DNA of 64,000 nucleotides from a bacterium (GCA_021836725.1 JAKBHL010000011.1:18210-82209), one strand, 5' to 3'. Shown: positions 1 to 9,242, numbered from the stretch's first letter. Notes: generated from the letters alone by a model not told the origin. A program made the numbers and translations.

Positions 1-263
1 AAAACCGGCACGCACGCACGCTCGGCAATCTGATTGCCGAGCGTGCGTGCGTCCTTCGCAATCGGATTCTCTCCGCCCGCGAGCGTACGCGATTCTCCGA
101 TGACCACCGCGCCGATGTGTTCTTTTTCTATGAGCGTACAAAGTTCTTCCAGAATCCGCGGAGTGTTAGGAATGACAGCATGAGGAAAACCCATGGTCCC
201 CGCATCGTCCGAGAGCGCGAGACCTATCTTGCTGCTTCCATAATCCACGCCGAGATACCGCAT
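1..263 (-). CDS. ruvX: YqgF/RuvX family resolvase-like nuclease (3' end runs off window)
   Basis: Manual translation from ATG at 263: MRYLGVDYGSSKIGLALSD...VVIGES, the YqgF motifs; not in the ORF track because it is truncated by the window edge. Confidence 0.9.
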   Translation of the reverse strand, partial: MRYLGVDYGSSKIGLALSDDAGTMGFPHAVIPNTPRILEELCTLIEKEHIGAVVIGESRTLAGGENPIAKDARTLGNQIAERACVPV

Positions 264-292
264 GCGGAAAGTGTATGGTATAGTGCGCACAT

Positions 293-568
293 ATGCACGC
301 TTTCGCCCCGTTCTACTCTCCCTATATGCCAGGATTTACGAGCTTGTTCATCCCGTTCCTCTTCGCGATAACGCTGTGGACTATCGTTTTGAAAGGTTTC
401 GCGCTCTGGTATGCCGCGCGCGGCAGCCAGAAAGGGTGGTTTATCGCACTTCTCATCGTTAATACGCTCGGCATCCTTGAAATCATCTACCTTATTTGGT
501 TTCGCCCGAAAAATCAGCCTGCTACGCATGACGATGCGCCGGTGCACATATCATCATCGGCGCAGTAG
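293..568 (+). CDS. Small CPR membrane protein (DUF5652-like)
   Basis: LWTIVLKGFALWYAAR..QKGWFIALLIVNTLGILEIIYL pattern; TANNNT box just upstream. Confidence 0.75.
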   Translation: MHAFAPFYSPYMPGFTSLFIPFLFAITLWTIVLKGFALWYAARGSQKGWFIALLIVNTLGILEIIYLIWFRPKNQPATHDDAPVHISSSAQ

Positions 569-571
569 TTC

Positions 572-659
572 GGATGGTTGGCTGAGAGGTCTAAAGCAGC
601 GGACTTGAAATCCGCCGTACCGCAAGGTACCGCAGGTTCGAATCCTGCACCATCCGCCA
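572..659 (+). tRNA. tRNA-Ser(TGA)
   Basis: Cloverleaf with long variable arm, anticodon loop CTTGAAA, GTTCGAATC T-arm, encoded CCA. Confidence 0.97.
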
Positions 660-685
660 ATCGAAAAGAGACTGTGTATGTAAAC

Positions 686-722
686 AAAAAAAGAGCCCTG
701 AATTGTAATTCAGAGCTCTTTT
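686..722. terminator. Bidirectional intrinsic terminator between tRNA-Ser and the convergent beta-barrel gene
   Basis: AAAAAAAGAGCCCTGAATT-GT-AATTCAGAGCTCTTTT hairpin with A and T tracts. Confidence 0.75.
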
Positions 723-732
723 GGTTTTTGAG

Positions 733-1413
733 CTAGAAGCTCACCGACGCCATCAGCGTGTCTGCGCCCCAGAAAATCGCGGGGACGCTGTCGCCACGGG
801 CCCGTACCGCATACAACTGATCCGTCAGCGTCCAACGGCCGAGCCGTACGCCAGCTCCGAAAACCTGAGCGACTTCCCAACGCGTATGGTGCGCAACGTA
901 CAGATTGCGGGCCGGAACCGACAATGACGGTTGCCAATGATACACGTGTTCTTCCCATCGTACTCGATTGATGTAGAGGCCGGCGCTCAAGAAGAACCAT
1001 CCGCCGCGGCCGAAGTGCCGCGCAAATGAAAGAGCCAGTCCGGACGTCGATCCGTTGCCTACGAAGCGGGCCATAGGAGCACACGTTCCGTAACAGCGGT
1101 GTTCCACGCGATTGTAATTCCCACCAGCTGACGTGTCCAATGAATTGGACGCCGCCGAACCCAAGGACACCCAATCGATATGCGCCGTAACATGACGCGT
1201 GAGCGGTTGCCGCCAGCCCACCATCCACGCGGCGCTGCGGAGTTTGAGATGATACGGGAATCCTTTTTCGTACCAGGTTCCGTTTGGAACGGCGCGGTAA
1301 TTCGTCATCCCCGCGCCGAACTCGAGAGTGCCGCTTGAGGCCCGAGCCGGGGCCGAGAATGCCGATAAGGCCGCTACGAAACAGCAGGATGCTGTGATAT
1401 GCACTATGTTCAT
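733..1413 (-). CDS. Exported protein with outer-membrane beta-barrel features
   Basis: Signal peptide ending ARA, alternating amphipathic strands, aromatic-rich, C-terminal Phe (ASVSF); GGAGG SD and TTGACA promoter upstream. Confidence 0.65.
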   Translation of the reverse strand: MNIVHITASCCFVAALSAFSAPARASSGTLEFGAGMTNYRAVPNGTWYEKGFPYHLKLRSAAWMVGWRQPLTRHVTAHIDWVSLGSAASNSLDTSAGGNYNRVEHRCYGTCAPMARFVGNGSTSGLALSFARHFGRGGWFFLSAGLYINRVRWEEHVYHWQPSLSVPARNLYVAHHTRWEVAQVFGAGVRLGRWTLTDQLYAVRARGDSVPAIFWGADTLMASVSF

Positions 1414-1601
1414 TACGCCCTCCAGGATGATACGTCGTTGATTCCAAAGAAAATTCTCCCTGCGAAGGCTTATGCCTCCGGAATATTTATATCAAATTAT
1501 GCTTTATTGTCAAGTCTACAGTGGCCCGATACCGCGGACGTTTGTACACAAACGGGCCCGCTGCGACAAAGCCGTAGTGCGCATTCTGGTATGATTCCTC
1601 T

Positions 1602-2075
1602 ATGCCACGAAGCGTTATTCTCGAATGGGAAGGTAGGGAGCACGATTATAATCCGAAAAGCGCCGATTGGTATTGGGTACTCGGCATCATCGCCACTGCT
1701 CTCGCCATTGCGTTGGTGCTCTTCAGTAATTATCTGCTTGCGGTCCTTGTCGTCGTTGCGGCAGCCGCGCTTGCGCTTCATGCGGCGAAGCATCCGTCCC
1801 TGCATCGTTTCCGTCTCGTCGAACAAGGGCTCTATGTCGGCGACGAACTGCACCCCTTTGGGCGGATGCTTTCTTTTTCCGTCCTTGAAGATATCGAAGG
1901 AGAGTTTCCGCCTATACTCTCCATAAAAAATGAGAGTTGGTTCTCGCCGCATTTGCTTGTACCGCTTGTGGGCGTTGATGCGGATGCGGTATACGCGTAT
2001 TTCCTCCAGCACGTTGACGAGAATGAACACCATCATACGTTTACCGACCTTGTGGCGGCATGGCTCGGATTTTGA
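1602..2075 (+). CDS. Conserved CPR membrane protein (hypothetical)
   Basis: LEWEGREH..K..DWYW start, two TM segments, then a soluble domain; TGGTATGAT 6 nt before ATG. Confidence 0.75.
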   Translation: MPRSVILEWEGREHDYNPKSADWYWVLGIIATALAIALVLFSNYLLAVLVVVAAAALALHAAKHPSLHRFRLVEQGLYVGDELHPFGRMLSFSVLEDIEGEFPPILSIKNESWFSPHLLVPLVGVDADAVYAYFLQHVDENEHHHTFTDLVAAWLGF

Positions 2076-2108
2076 AAAAACTCGCGTACGCGGTAGAGTC
2101 AACCGACC

Positions 2109-2180
2109 GCCCTCGTCGTTCAACGGATAGGACACCGGCTTGCGGAGCCGGCAATAGAGGTTCGATTCCTCTCGAGGGCA
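2109..2180 (+). tRNA. tRNA-Arg(GCG)
   Basis: Cloverleaf; anticodon arm CCGGC-TTGCGGA-GCCGG; no encoded CCA. Confidence 0.95.
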
Positions 2181-2367
2181 CTAAAATGGCGAAGCACACT
2201 TTTGTGCCCTCGAAGCAGGCCGTCTGCACGGCCTGCGAGAGGAATCGAAAGGCGGAGCGATGTTTGGCCAGCAGGCGAAACCGCGAGCCCTGCCCAGATA
2301 AACTTTTGCGGCGGCAAAAGTTTAATCGAGGGAGATACGGCGTATTCGCCGGTCCTCTCGAGGGCAC
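2181..2367 (+). mobile_element. tRNA-anchored mini-element (split anti-tRNA copy plus tRNA 3' direct repeat)
   Basis: 15-bp direct repeat TCCTCTCGAGGGCAC at 2167-2181 and 2353-2367; antisense tRNA 3' end at 2204-2249 interrupted by a GCAGGCCGT/ACGGCCTGC hairpin. Confidence 0.65.
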
Positions 2368-2379
2368 CCTGTACTTCTC

Positions 2380-2721
2380 ATGATCGAGTACTTTTTCGCA
2401 TTTATCGCGGGCGGTGCGTTCACCATGATTGTAACCGCATTTCAGCTTTCCGGATTCCCGACGCTTTCGCGCATCGCGGCGCTCTTTCCGATTGTGACCT
2501 GGCTTTCGTACCTCTTCATTGGGCATATTGACGGCGCTCTGGCGGTTTCTCAGCATGCGCGTTTCGTCATATTTGGAACGATTGTCGCGTGGATACCGTA
2601 CATGTTCATCATTTATTATTTCGCGCCGCGCATCGGCGTCACGCGGGCGATAATGTTCGGCATCATTGTGTTTTTGCTGCTCGCATTCGCCTTTGCCGCG
2701 GTGTATAACAAGTGGGCTTAG
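2380..2721 (+). CDS. Small multi-TM membrane protein (DUF3147/GlpM-like)
   Basis: Four hydrophobic segments, IAALFPIVTWLSY motif. Confidence 0.65.
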   Translation: MIEYFFAFIAGGAFTMIVTAFQLSGFPTLSRIAALFPIVTWLSYLFIGHIDGALAVSQHARFVIFGTIVAWIPYMFIIYYFAPRIGVTRAIMFGIIVFLLLAFAFAAVYNKWA

Positions 2722-2725
2722 GAAG

Positions 2726-2797
2726 GCTTCCGTCGTTCAATGGATAGGATATCTCCCTCCGAAGGAGGTGATACTGGTTCGATTCCAGTCGGAAGCA
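2726..2797 (+). tRNA. tRNA-Arg(CCG)
   Basis: Cloverleaf; anticodon loop CTCCGAA; GTTCGATTC T-arm. Confidence 0.95.
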
Positions 2798-2798
2798 C

Positions 2799-2839
2799 AA
2801 AAAACAACACGCGCCGTTTCGCGGCGCGTGTTGTTTTTT
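2799..2839. terminator. Bidirectional intrinsic terminator (tRNA-Arg / rpsT)
   Basis: AAAAAACAACACGCGCCG...CGGCGCGTGTTGTTTTTT. Confidence 0.85.
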
Positions 2840-2852
2840 CTCCCTCTGCTTT

Positions 2853-3119
2853 TTACGCGCGTGCGCGGCGGATAATGCCCGCAACACGCGATTTCTTGCG
2901 GTTAGCGGTATTGTCTTTGATAACGCCGCGTTTGCACGCCTTGTCTATCGCGGCATACACCGCAGGCAGGAGTTTCTCGGCCTCGGCAACGTCTCGAGCG
3001 GCAAGCGCCTTCGTAAACGCTTTGACCGTGTCGCGCATAGCGTCCTTACGGCGCAGGTTAAAGACACGCTTCTTTGCCGAAGAACGGATAGCTTTCTTTG
3101 CTGAGCTGGTGATTGCCAT
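2853..3119 (-). CDS. rpsT: 30S ribosomal protein S20
   Basis: MAITSSAKKAIRSS...IDKACKRGVIKDNTANRKKSR; start moved to the ATG at 3119. Confidence 0.97.
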   Translation of the reverse strand: MAITSSAKKAIRSSAKKRVFNLRRKDAMRDTVKAFTKALAARDVAEAEKLLPAVYAAIDKACKRGVIKDNTANRKKSRVAGIIRRARA

Positions 3120-3194
3120 GTCCGCACAATCTACCGCTAACGCGCGTGAACTGCAAGTATGCGCCACCGGGCGCGGGAGTGCTAGGATACGCTT

Positions 3195-3740
3195 ATGATC
3201 CGGCAAATTCGCGGACACGTGCTTTCTATCGGTGCGGCAAGCGCCGTCGTTGAAGTCGCGGGCCTCGGCATCGAAGTGCGCATGAGCGCGCCGGAGACGC
3301 TTGCAGTGGGCAGTGAGGTGCAGCTTGTGACGCACCTTGCGGTCAAGCAAGACGGCATGGAACTCTACGGCTTCCTGGACGCGGCGGATCGCGATTTCTT
3401 TGAACGCATGCTTTCGGTCTCGGGCGTAGGGCCCAAGACGGCGCTTTCTCTGCTGCGCCGCGCGCCGCGCGCCGCGCTTGAAGGCGCCATCGGCAAGCGC
3501 GATCTTGCTTACCTCACCAAAGTTGTCGGCCTCGGCAAAAAAAGCGCAGAGAAAATGCTTGTCGAGCTTGCCGATAAGATCGGGCCGCACGGCCATGACG
3601 GCGCGGACGGCGAAGTTTTCGACACGCTTGTCGCACTCGGTTACACCGAACGCGAAGCTCGTGCAGCGCTCCGAACGATCCCCGAGAAAACGGTTGGCAA
3701 GGAAGCCCGCCTCAAGGCGGCGCTCTCTGCCGCTCTTTAA
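3195..3740 (+). CDS. ruvA: Holliday junction branch migration protein RuvA
   Basis: LYGF, VSGVGPKTAL and GLGKKSAEK HhH motifs, LVALGY. Confidence 0.97.
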   Translation: MIRQIRGHVLSIGAASAVVEVAGLGIEVRMSAPETLAVGSEVQLVTHLAVKQDGMELYGFLDAADRDFFERMLSVSGVGPKTALSLLRRAPRAALEGAIGKRDLAYLTKVVGLGKKSAEKMLVELADKIGPHGHDGADGEVFDTLVALGYTEREARAALRTIPEKTVGKEARLKAALSAAL

Positions 3741-3754
3741 ATCGATACGGCCTT

Positions 3755-5032
3755 ATGTACGAATTCGTTAATCGTATCGTCCATTTCCTCAAGAAGATCG
3801 TGCCTGAACCGCTCGTGCGCGTTCTGCGGCCCGCGTATCATCGCGCGCTCGCGTTTTTTATGGCGCTTTCCTACGGGTTCCCCGCTCAGCACCTCACGAT
3901 TATCGGCATCACCGGAACGAAAGGCAAATCGACGACCGCGGAGATGCTTTTCGCCATCCTGCGCGGAGCTGGCTACAACACTGCGCTCATTTCGACTATC
4001 CGTTTTGCGATCAATGACCTCTCGGAGCCGAATCTTTACAAGATGACGCTGCAAGGTCGCGGATTCGCCCAAGCGTTTATGCGCAAAGCGCTCCGCGCCG
4101 GCTGCACGCACATAGTCATAGAGATAACCTCTGAAAGCGTGCCGCAGCATCGGCATCTGTTCCTCAATCTCGACGGGCTCATCGTCACGAACATCCAGCG
4201 CGAACATATCGAGAGCCACGGATCGTTTGAAAATTACGTTGCGGCGAAACGTGCGATCGTACGGACGCTCGCCCGATCGCCCAAACGCGCCCGCATACTC
4301 GTCGCAAACGAAGATATACCGGAAAGCCGATCCTTTCTGTCGACGCGCGGCGCGCACGCCATAGGATTTAGCGCCCATGAGCTCAGCGCGTGCGAGAGCG
4401 ACGACGCGCGCGTGACCTGCACCTATGCCGGTGTCCCCGTCACCGTCCCTCTTCCCGGGAAATTCAATGCTTTGAATGCGCTTGCCGCGATGAAGATGAG
4501 CGAGGCGCTCGGTATGTCCGTTCCGGATGCCGCACGCGCGCTTGCGCATCTCCCCGTCGTCCGCGGACGCGTTGAACGCGTGGATTTGGGACAGGATTTT
4601 CTCGCTATCGTCGATTACGCGCACACGCCGGACTCATTGCAGGCGCTCTATGATGCGTTTCCGAAACGGAGGAAAATATGCGTCCTCGGAAATACCGGCG
4701 GCGGACGAGACCTGTGGAAGCGCCCCTTGATGGGCAAGATTGCGGACGAGGCGTGCGACAAAGTCATCCTGACGAATGAGGATCCGTATGACGAGGACCC
4801 GCGCGGCATCGTCGACGCCATGGCGCACGGCATGGAGCGTGCGCCCGAGATCATCATGGACCGACGCGCCGCCATACGCGCGGCGCTGGCGTATGCGCGG
4901 CAAGGCGATGCGGTTTTGATTTCCGGCAAAGGTACCGACCCATTTATCATGGAAGCGCATGGCGCTAAGACTCCCTGGAGCGACGCGCAGGTTGTGCGAG
5001 AGGAGCTTGCGCGGCTCCGCGCGCAAAATTGA
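3755..5032 (+). CDS. murE: MurE-family Mur ligase
   Basis: GITGTKGKSTT P-loop, DYAHTPDSL, GGRD..KR. Confidence 0.9.
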   Translation: MYEFVNRIVHFLKKIVPEPLVRVLRPAYHRALAFFMALSYGFPAQHLTIIGITGTKGKSTTAEMLFAILRGAGYNTALISTIRFAINDLSEPNLYKMTLQGRGFAQAFMRKALRAGCTHIVIEITSESVPQHRHLFLNLDGLIVTNIQREHIESHGSFENYVAAKRAIVRTLARSPKRARILVANEDIPESRSFLSTRGAHAIGFSAHELSACESDDARVTCTYAGVPVTVPLPGKFNALNALAAMKMSEALGMSVPDAARALAHLPVVRGRVERVDLGQDFLAIVDYAHTPDSLQALYDAFPKRRKICVLGNTGGGRDLWKRPLMGKIADEACDKVILTNEDPYDEDPRGIVDAMAHGMERAPEIIMDRRAAIRAALAYARQGDAVLISGKGTDPFIMEAHGAKTPWSDAQVVREELARLRAQN

Positions 5033-5055
5033 AGTTTCCCTGGTAGTATCTCTCT

Positions 5056-6012
5056 ATGGAGCACGACGCGTGGTTTTTTGTCGGGATATTCGCCTTTATA
5101 TTCCTCGTCTGGATCGCTACGGGCGGTCCATTGCATCCGATTGCGTTCTCCGGTCCCACTCTCGCCGAACCGGGCGCGCTCGGCGGCGGCACATACCTTT
5201 CGTTCCCGCGTGCCCCCTTTTCAGTCGGGAGCGGATACGTTTCCCTGCCGGGCTCCTCAAGCGGCGGCGGCATCCCGGGCAGTACGGGCGTATCGTTTCC
5301 CGCGCTTGTAGGAGGCGTCGGTTTTGGCACACCTTCTCCCTACTACGGGATCGTTTCGATGAATCACTATGTCTCGGGTGCCGGTTCGGCGAATCCCGGG
5401 AATGAATATATCGAGATAATGGTTGCTCAGAGTGCGACCGTGCCGGTCGACATCTCCGGATGGACGCTTGAGAGCGCCGCGACCGGCGCCGCGGCGATCA
5501 TTCCGAAAGGAACGGAAGTCCCGACCTCCGGTATCGTGAATGCCGTGCAGGACATCGTGCTTACTCCAGGCACGCAGGCGCTTATTATCTCCGGACAATC
5601 GCCCATCGGCGCGTCCTTCCGCGACAATAAATGCATCGGCTATTTCAGCACTTTTCAGAAATTCTCCCCGCCATTGCCTCAGAACTGCCCCCTGCCCTCC
5701 GACGAGCTTGCGTCATTTTATGGAGGTTCCGGCTATATCCGCGATGCCGCCTGTGTTGATTATGTGAATACCCTTTCGCGCTGCCAGGCAGTGCTCTCGC
5801 CGCCTGCAAACACCTCGGGCGCGTGCCAGAGCTTTTTGGTGAACTATCTGAACTACAACGGCTGCGTCAATGCGCATAAAAATGACGCCAATTTCGAGGG
5901 CGCCACGTGGCGCATCTACCTGGGCCGCACGAGCTCAATGTGGCGCCCCCAGAACGAAGTGGTGAAGCTTCTTGATGCGCAAGGGAAAACCGTCGACGCA
6001 TTCAGTTACTAG
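5056..6012 (+). CDS. Membrane-anchored lamin-tail-domain, Cys-rich surface protein
   Basis: N-terminal TM; NEYIEI..VDISGWTL and VKLLDAQGKTVDAFSY lamin-tail motifs. Confidence 0.7.
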   Translation: MEHDAWFFVGIFAFIFLVWIATGGPLHPIAFSGPTLAEPGALGGGTYLSFPRAPFSVGSGYVSLPGSSSGGGIPGSTGVSFPALVGGVGFGTPSPYYGIVSMNHYVSGAGSANPGNEYIEIMVAQSATVPVDISGWTLESAATGAAAIIPKGTEVPTSGIVNAVQDIVLTPGTQALIISGQSPIGASFRDNKCIGYFSTFQKFSPPLPQNCPLPSDELASFYGGSGYIRDAACVDYVNTLSRCQAVLSPPANTSGACQSFLVNYLNYNGCVNAHKNDANFEGATWRIYLGRTSSMWRPQNEVVKLLDAQGKTVDAFSY

Positions 6013-6062
6013 AAAAAACTACGCAGAGTGTTAGATTGGTAACGTTCTTTTCGTCTTGTCTT

Positions 6063-6135
6063 GCGCCCATAGCTCAGTTGGTAGAGCAGCTCCCTTTTAA
6101 GGAGACGGTCCCAGGTTCGAGCCCTGGTGGGCGCA
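6063..6135 (+). tRNA. tRNA-Lys(TTT)
   Basis: Cloverleaf; anticodon loop CTTTTAA. Confidence 0.96.
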
Positions 6136-6138
6136 CAT

Positions 6139-6840
6139 TCAGAGTGAAAGCGCGAAGCGCTCGAGGGAAAGGGAGAGATTCAGCCCGCCGCGGCGAGAGT
6201 CTTGCAGAAGCGTTATGAGTGTAAGCGATAGGCGCCGCGACTCTTCCGGTTTCCATGCGCGGCCGCCTGTAGATACGAGGTCGCGCGCTTTCCACTGCAA
6301 GAGACCGTGGAGCATTTCCGGCGCATCGCCGCGGCGAAGCGCGCGATTGATCTCCAGCCAGAGCTTCTCTCGATTCTTTGCCGCGAGCGCGTTTACCAGA
6401 TCGCTATTGAATCGGCGCGCGGTGGCTCTTTCGGGCGGGAGGTCGAATGCGTATTCCACTGTCGCCTGTGCTCCGAGCTTCTTTGCTTTCGCCGCCGCGA
6501 GCTTTGGCGCAAGAATGAGGATAGCGTTATCGGAAGCGGCGAGCGGCTCGATGTGGGCCTCGAGCACGCTCTCTGCCGGCTCTTCTCCGTCACTTTCGTT
6601 TTCATCCTGTTCGCTCGCTTTCGTCTGCGCCGAAGGAAACGGATCGTCGATGAGCACCAAAAGCCGTTTGGTGAAAAGGCTTGCCGAAAGCGCGGCGTCT
6701 TCGAGCGCGGCGGGGGTTATGTCTTCGCGAGAAAGGCGCACATACGTGAGACCTGGATCCTTCGCTTTCGCGGCCGCTACCCACGCAAACGCTTTCGCGC
6801 GCGTTTTCGCCACATCGGTGCCGTAAAAAAGATAGATCAT
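6139..6840 (-). CDS. holA: DNA polymerase III delta-subunit-like protein (short HolA)
   Basis: MIYLFYGTD start, SASLF..RLLVLIDD, C-terminal LERFALSL; coupled to the polA stop. Confidence 0.7.
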   Translation of the reverse strand: MIYLFYGTDVAKTRAKAFAWVAAAKAKDPGLTYVRLSREDITPAALEDAALSASLFTKRLLVLIDDPFPSAQTKASEQDENESDGEEPAESVLEAHIEPLAASDNAILILAPKLAAAKAKKLGAQATVEYAFDLPPERATARRFNSDLVNALAAKNREKLWLEINRALRRGDAPEMLHGLLQWKARDLVSTGGRAWKPEESRRLSLTLITLLQDSRRGGLNLSLSLERFALSL

Positions 6841-9242
6841 GCTTCGTGCATGGCTCCCCAATCGGTTCCGGATTTCATGAGCGCGAGTATCGGCACGCCA
6901 TGCGTTTCCCTATCGAGGAGGACGGACTCCATAATCTGTTTTATTTGCATGCCGAGCGTGTTCGTGCGAGCGGTGCGTATCTCATACACGAGCTCATCGT
7001 GCACCTGGAGAAGCAGGTGCACGTCCTCGAGCGCGTTTTCCTTCGCGAGCAGGTCGTGCACGCGTACCATCGCAAGCTTGATGATGTCCGACTGCGTTCC
7101 CTGCAACGGCGCGTTGACGGCCATGCGTTCCGCTTGGGAGCGCACATAGGGCAGAGATGACTTTATTTCCGGGAATTGCCGGCGGCGCCCGAAGAGAGTC
7201 TCGGTGTACCCGTGTTTGCGCGCGAAACCTTTCGTCTTTTCCATATAGTCGGAAAGCGTCCCGAATTGGCCGAAATACTCCTCGTAAAAAGCGTGCGCCT
7301 CGGCGGTCGTGCTGACGAGCTGTTGCCGCAGCGCGTTCACGCCCATGCCATAGAGGATGCCGAAGTTTATGACTTTCGCTCGGCGGCGCATTTCCTGGTC
7401 GACCCGCTCTGGCGCAACATGAAAGACACGGGCCGCGACTTCCGTATGCACGTCGCGGCCGGTGCGAAAAATCTCGCACAGTTTTTCATCGCCTGAGAGG
7501 ATTGCCGCAAGCCGTAATTCTATCTGCGAGTAATCGAGCGCAACGAGCGTGAAATCGGGCGACGCGATAAACGCGTGGCGTACCGCGCGCCCGCGCTCTG
7601 AATGTAGCGGGATATTCTGGAGATTCGGATTCTGGGATGCGAGGCGACCGGTTGTCGTACCGGTCTGGAGAAATTCCGCATGGAGACGGTGCTCGGCATC
7701 GAGCATCGGCGGCAGATTCTCGATATAGGTCGAGAGAAGTTTCTTCAGTTCGCGATACTCGATGATATCGCCGACAATGGGATGTGCGTCGCGGATTTTC
7801 TCGAGCTCGCTTTCGCGCGTGGAGCGCTCGCCGAGCGCGGTTTTCTTTTGCCGTTGCGGAATGAGTTTGAGCTCGTCAAAGAGCACTTCGCCGAGCTGTT
7901 TCGGCGAGCTCACGTTGAACGTGCGGCCGGCGGCGGTGTGGATGCGGCCTTCGATCGTCTTGAGTTCGGCCCGATACTTTTCGCCAAGCGTCGTGAGCAC
8001 GTTCAAATCGATAAGGATGCCGCGCGTCTCCATCGCGCGCAAAATCGGCATGAGCGGTTTCTCTATGCGCTCATACACTTCTTTCACCTTTCCGAGCCCC
8101 GTCAATTGTTTTTCAAGAGCGGCGTAGGCGCCCGCAAACGAACGTTCTTTGGTAAATGCGAGGATATCGTCCAGGGACGGATTCGTAAATTCAGAAGAGA
8201 TGAGCCAGAGCATCAGCGCGGCCTCCGCGAGCCGTGTTTGATCCACCTCCTCAGGAGCGGGTTCGGGCGGGGCGTCCGTATCTGCCGGCGCATCCTCCTG
8301 TGCGAGGCGAGCTGACGAGGATTTCGTAAGGACGTTGCGTGCCCGTTCCCGAAGCGACCGGAAACCGAGCTCGTCAAGAAGCGACAGCACTTTCCGCGTA
8401 TCGACAGTTTCTCGCCAGGACCGATCGGGAAGCGCAAAAGCGATGGGCGCATCAAGGCGTATCGTTGCAAGCGCTTTCGAGAGACGAGCTTCCTCTTCGT
8501 GTTCTTTAAGCAGTGCAATCGTGCGCGGCTTGATGCCCTTTTTGCCGAGTAGCGCTTCATTTTTTGCGAGAGCCGCGTAGAGCTTCTCGAGCGTGCCGAA
8601 GTTCGTTACGAGTTCCGTTGCGATCTTCTCGCCGATGCCGGGAACGCCTTTTATGTTATCGGAGGGATCGCCGCGCAGCCCTTTCCAGTCCGGGATGAGC
8701 TCGGGCGGGAATCCGAATCGGGCCTGCACCGCTTTCTCGTCGTAGAGAATCGTGTCCTGTATGCCCCTCTTCAGCGTGTAGACGCGCACCTGTTCATCGA
8801 CCACCAGTTGCAACGTATCCATATCGCCCGAAGCGATGATGATGTCTACTCCCTTCTCCTTTCTCAGCTCATGTGCGATGGTGCCGAGAAGATCATCGGC
8901 TTCAAATCCCTCGCGCTCGTATCGAGGGATCCCGAACGCTTCAAAAACCTTGCGCGAGGTCTGCAACTGCAGCGCGAGCGCGTCATCGGTTTTCACTCGC
9001 GTCGCTTTATAGAGCGCGTATGCTTCGTGTCGCAGGGTCGGTTTGGGCAGGTCATAGCAGGCGGCTAGGTAATCCGGCGCGAGATCGGTAATGATTTTAA
9101 GCATCATTGAAACGAGACCATAGAGCGCGCCGACCGGCGCTCCGGAGGGACTGGTGAACTCCGGAAGCGCGTGATACGCGCGGTGGATAATCGCATGCGT
9201 ATCGAGAAGCACGATGCGTTTTTTTTGTGTTGATCTAGCCAT
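6837..9242 (-). CDS. polA: DNA polymerase I (5'-3' exonuclease plus polymerase; proofreading domain reduced)
   Basis: LLDTHAIIHRAYHALP, EADD, DYSQIELR, AKVINFGILYG, QVHDEL; start moved to 9242. Confidence 0.97.
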   Translation of the reverse strand: MARSTQKKRIVLLDTHAIIHRAYHALPEFTSPSGAPVGALYGLVSMMLKIITDLAPDYLAACYDLPKPTLRHEAYALYKATRVKTDDALALQLQTSRKVFEAFGIPRYEREGFEADDLLGTIAHELRKEKGVDIIIASGDMDTLQLVVDEQVRVYTLKRGIQDTILYDEKAVQARFGFPPELIPDWKGLRGDPSDNIKGVPGIGEKIATELVTNFGTLEKLYAALAKNEALLGKKGIKPRTIALLKEHEEEARLSKALATIRLDAPIAFALPDRSWRETVDTRKVLSLLDELGFRSLRERARNVLTKSSSARLAQEDAPADTDAPPEPAPEEVDQTRLAEAALMLWLISSEFTNPSLDDILAFTKERSFAGAYAALEKQLTGLGKVKEVYERIEKPLMPILRAMETRGILIDLNVLTTLGEKYRAELKTIEGRIHTAAGRTFNVSSPKQLGEVLFDELKLIPQRQKKTALGERSTRESELEKIRDAHPIVGDIIEYRELKKLLSTYIENLPPMLDAEHRLHAEFLQTGTTTGRLASQNPNLQNIPLHSERGRAVRHAFIASPDFTLVALDYSQIELRLAAILSGDEKLCEIFRTGRDVHTEVAARVFHVAPERVDQEMRRRAKVINFGILYGMGVNALRQQLVSTTAEAHAFYEEYFGQFGTLSDYMEKTKGFARKHGYTETLFGRRRQFPEIKSSLPYVRSQAERMAVNAPLQGTQSDIIKLAMVRVHDLLAKENALEDVHLLLQVHDELVYEIRTARTNTLGMQIKQIMESVLLDRETHGVPILALMKSGTDWGAMHEA

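Noticed and set aside
1399-2135. Overlapping ORFs 1399-1926 (+) and 1497-2135 (-)
   Set aside because: Shadow frames of the 1602-2075 membrane protein gene, which has the better composition and a promoter.
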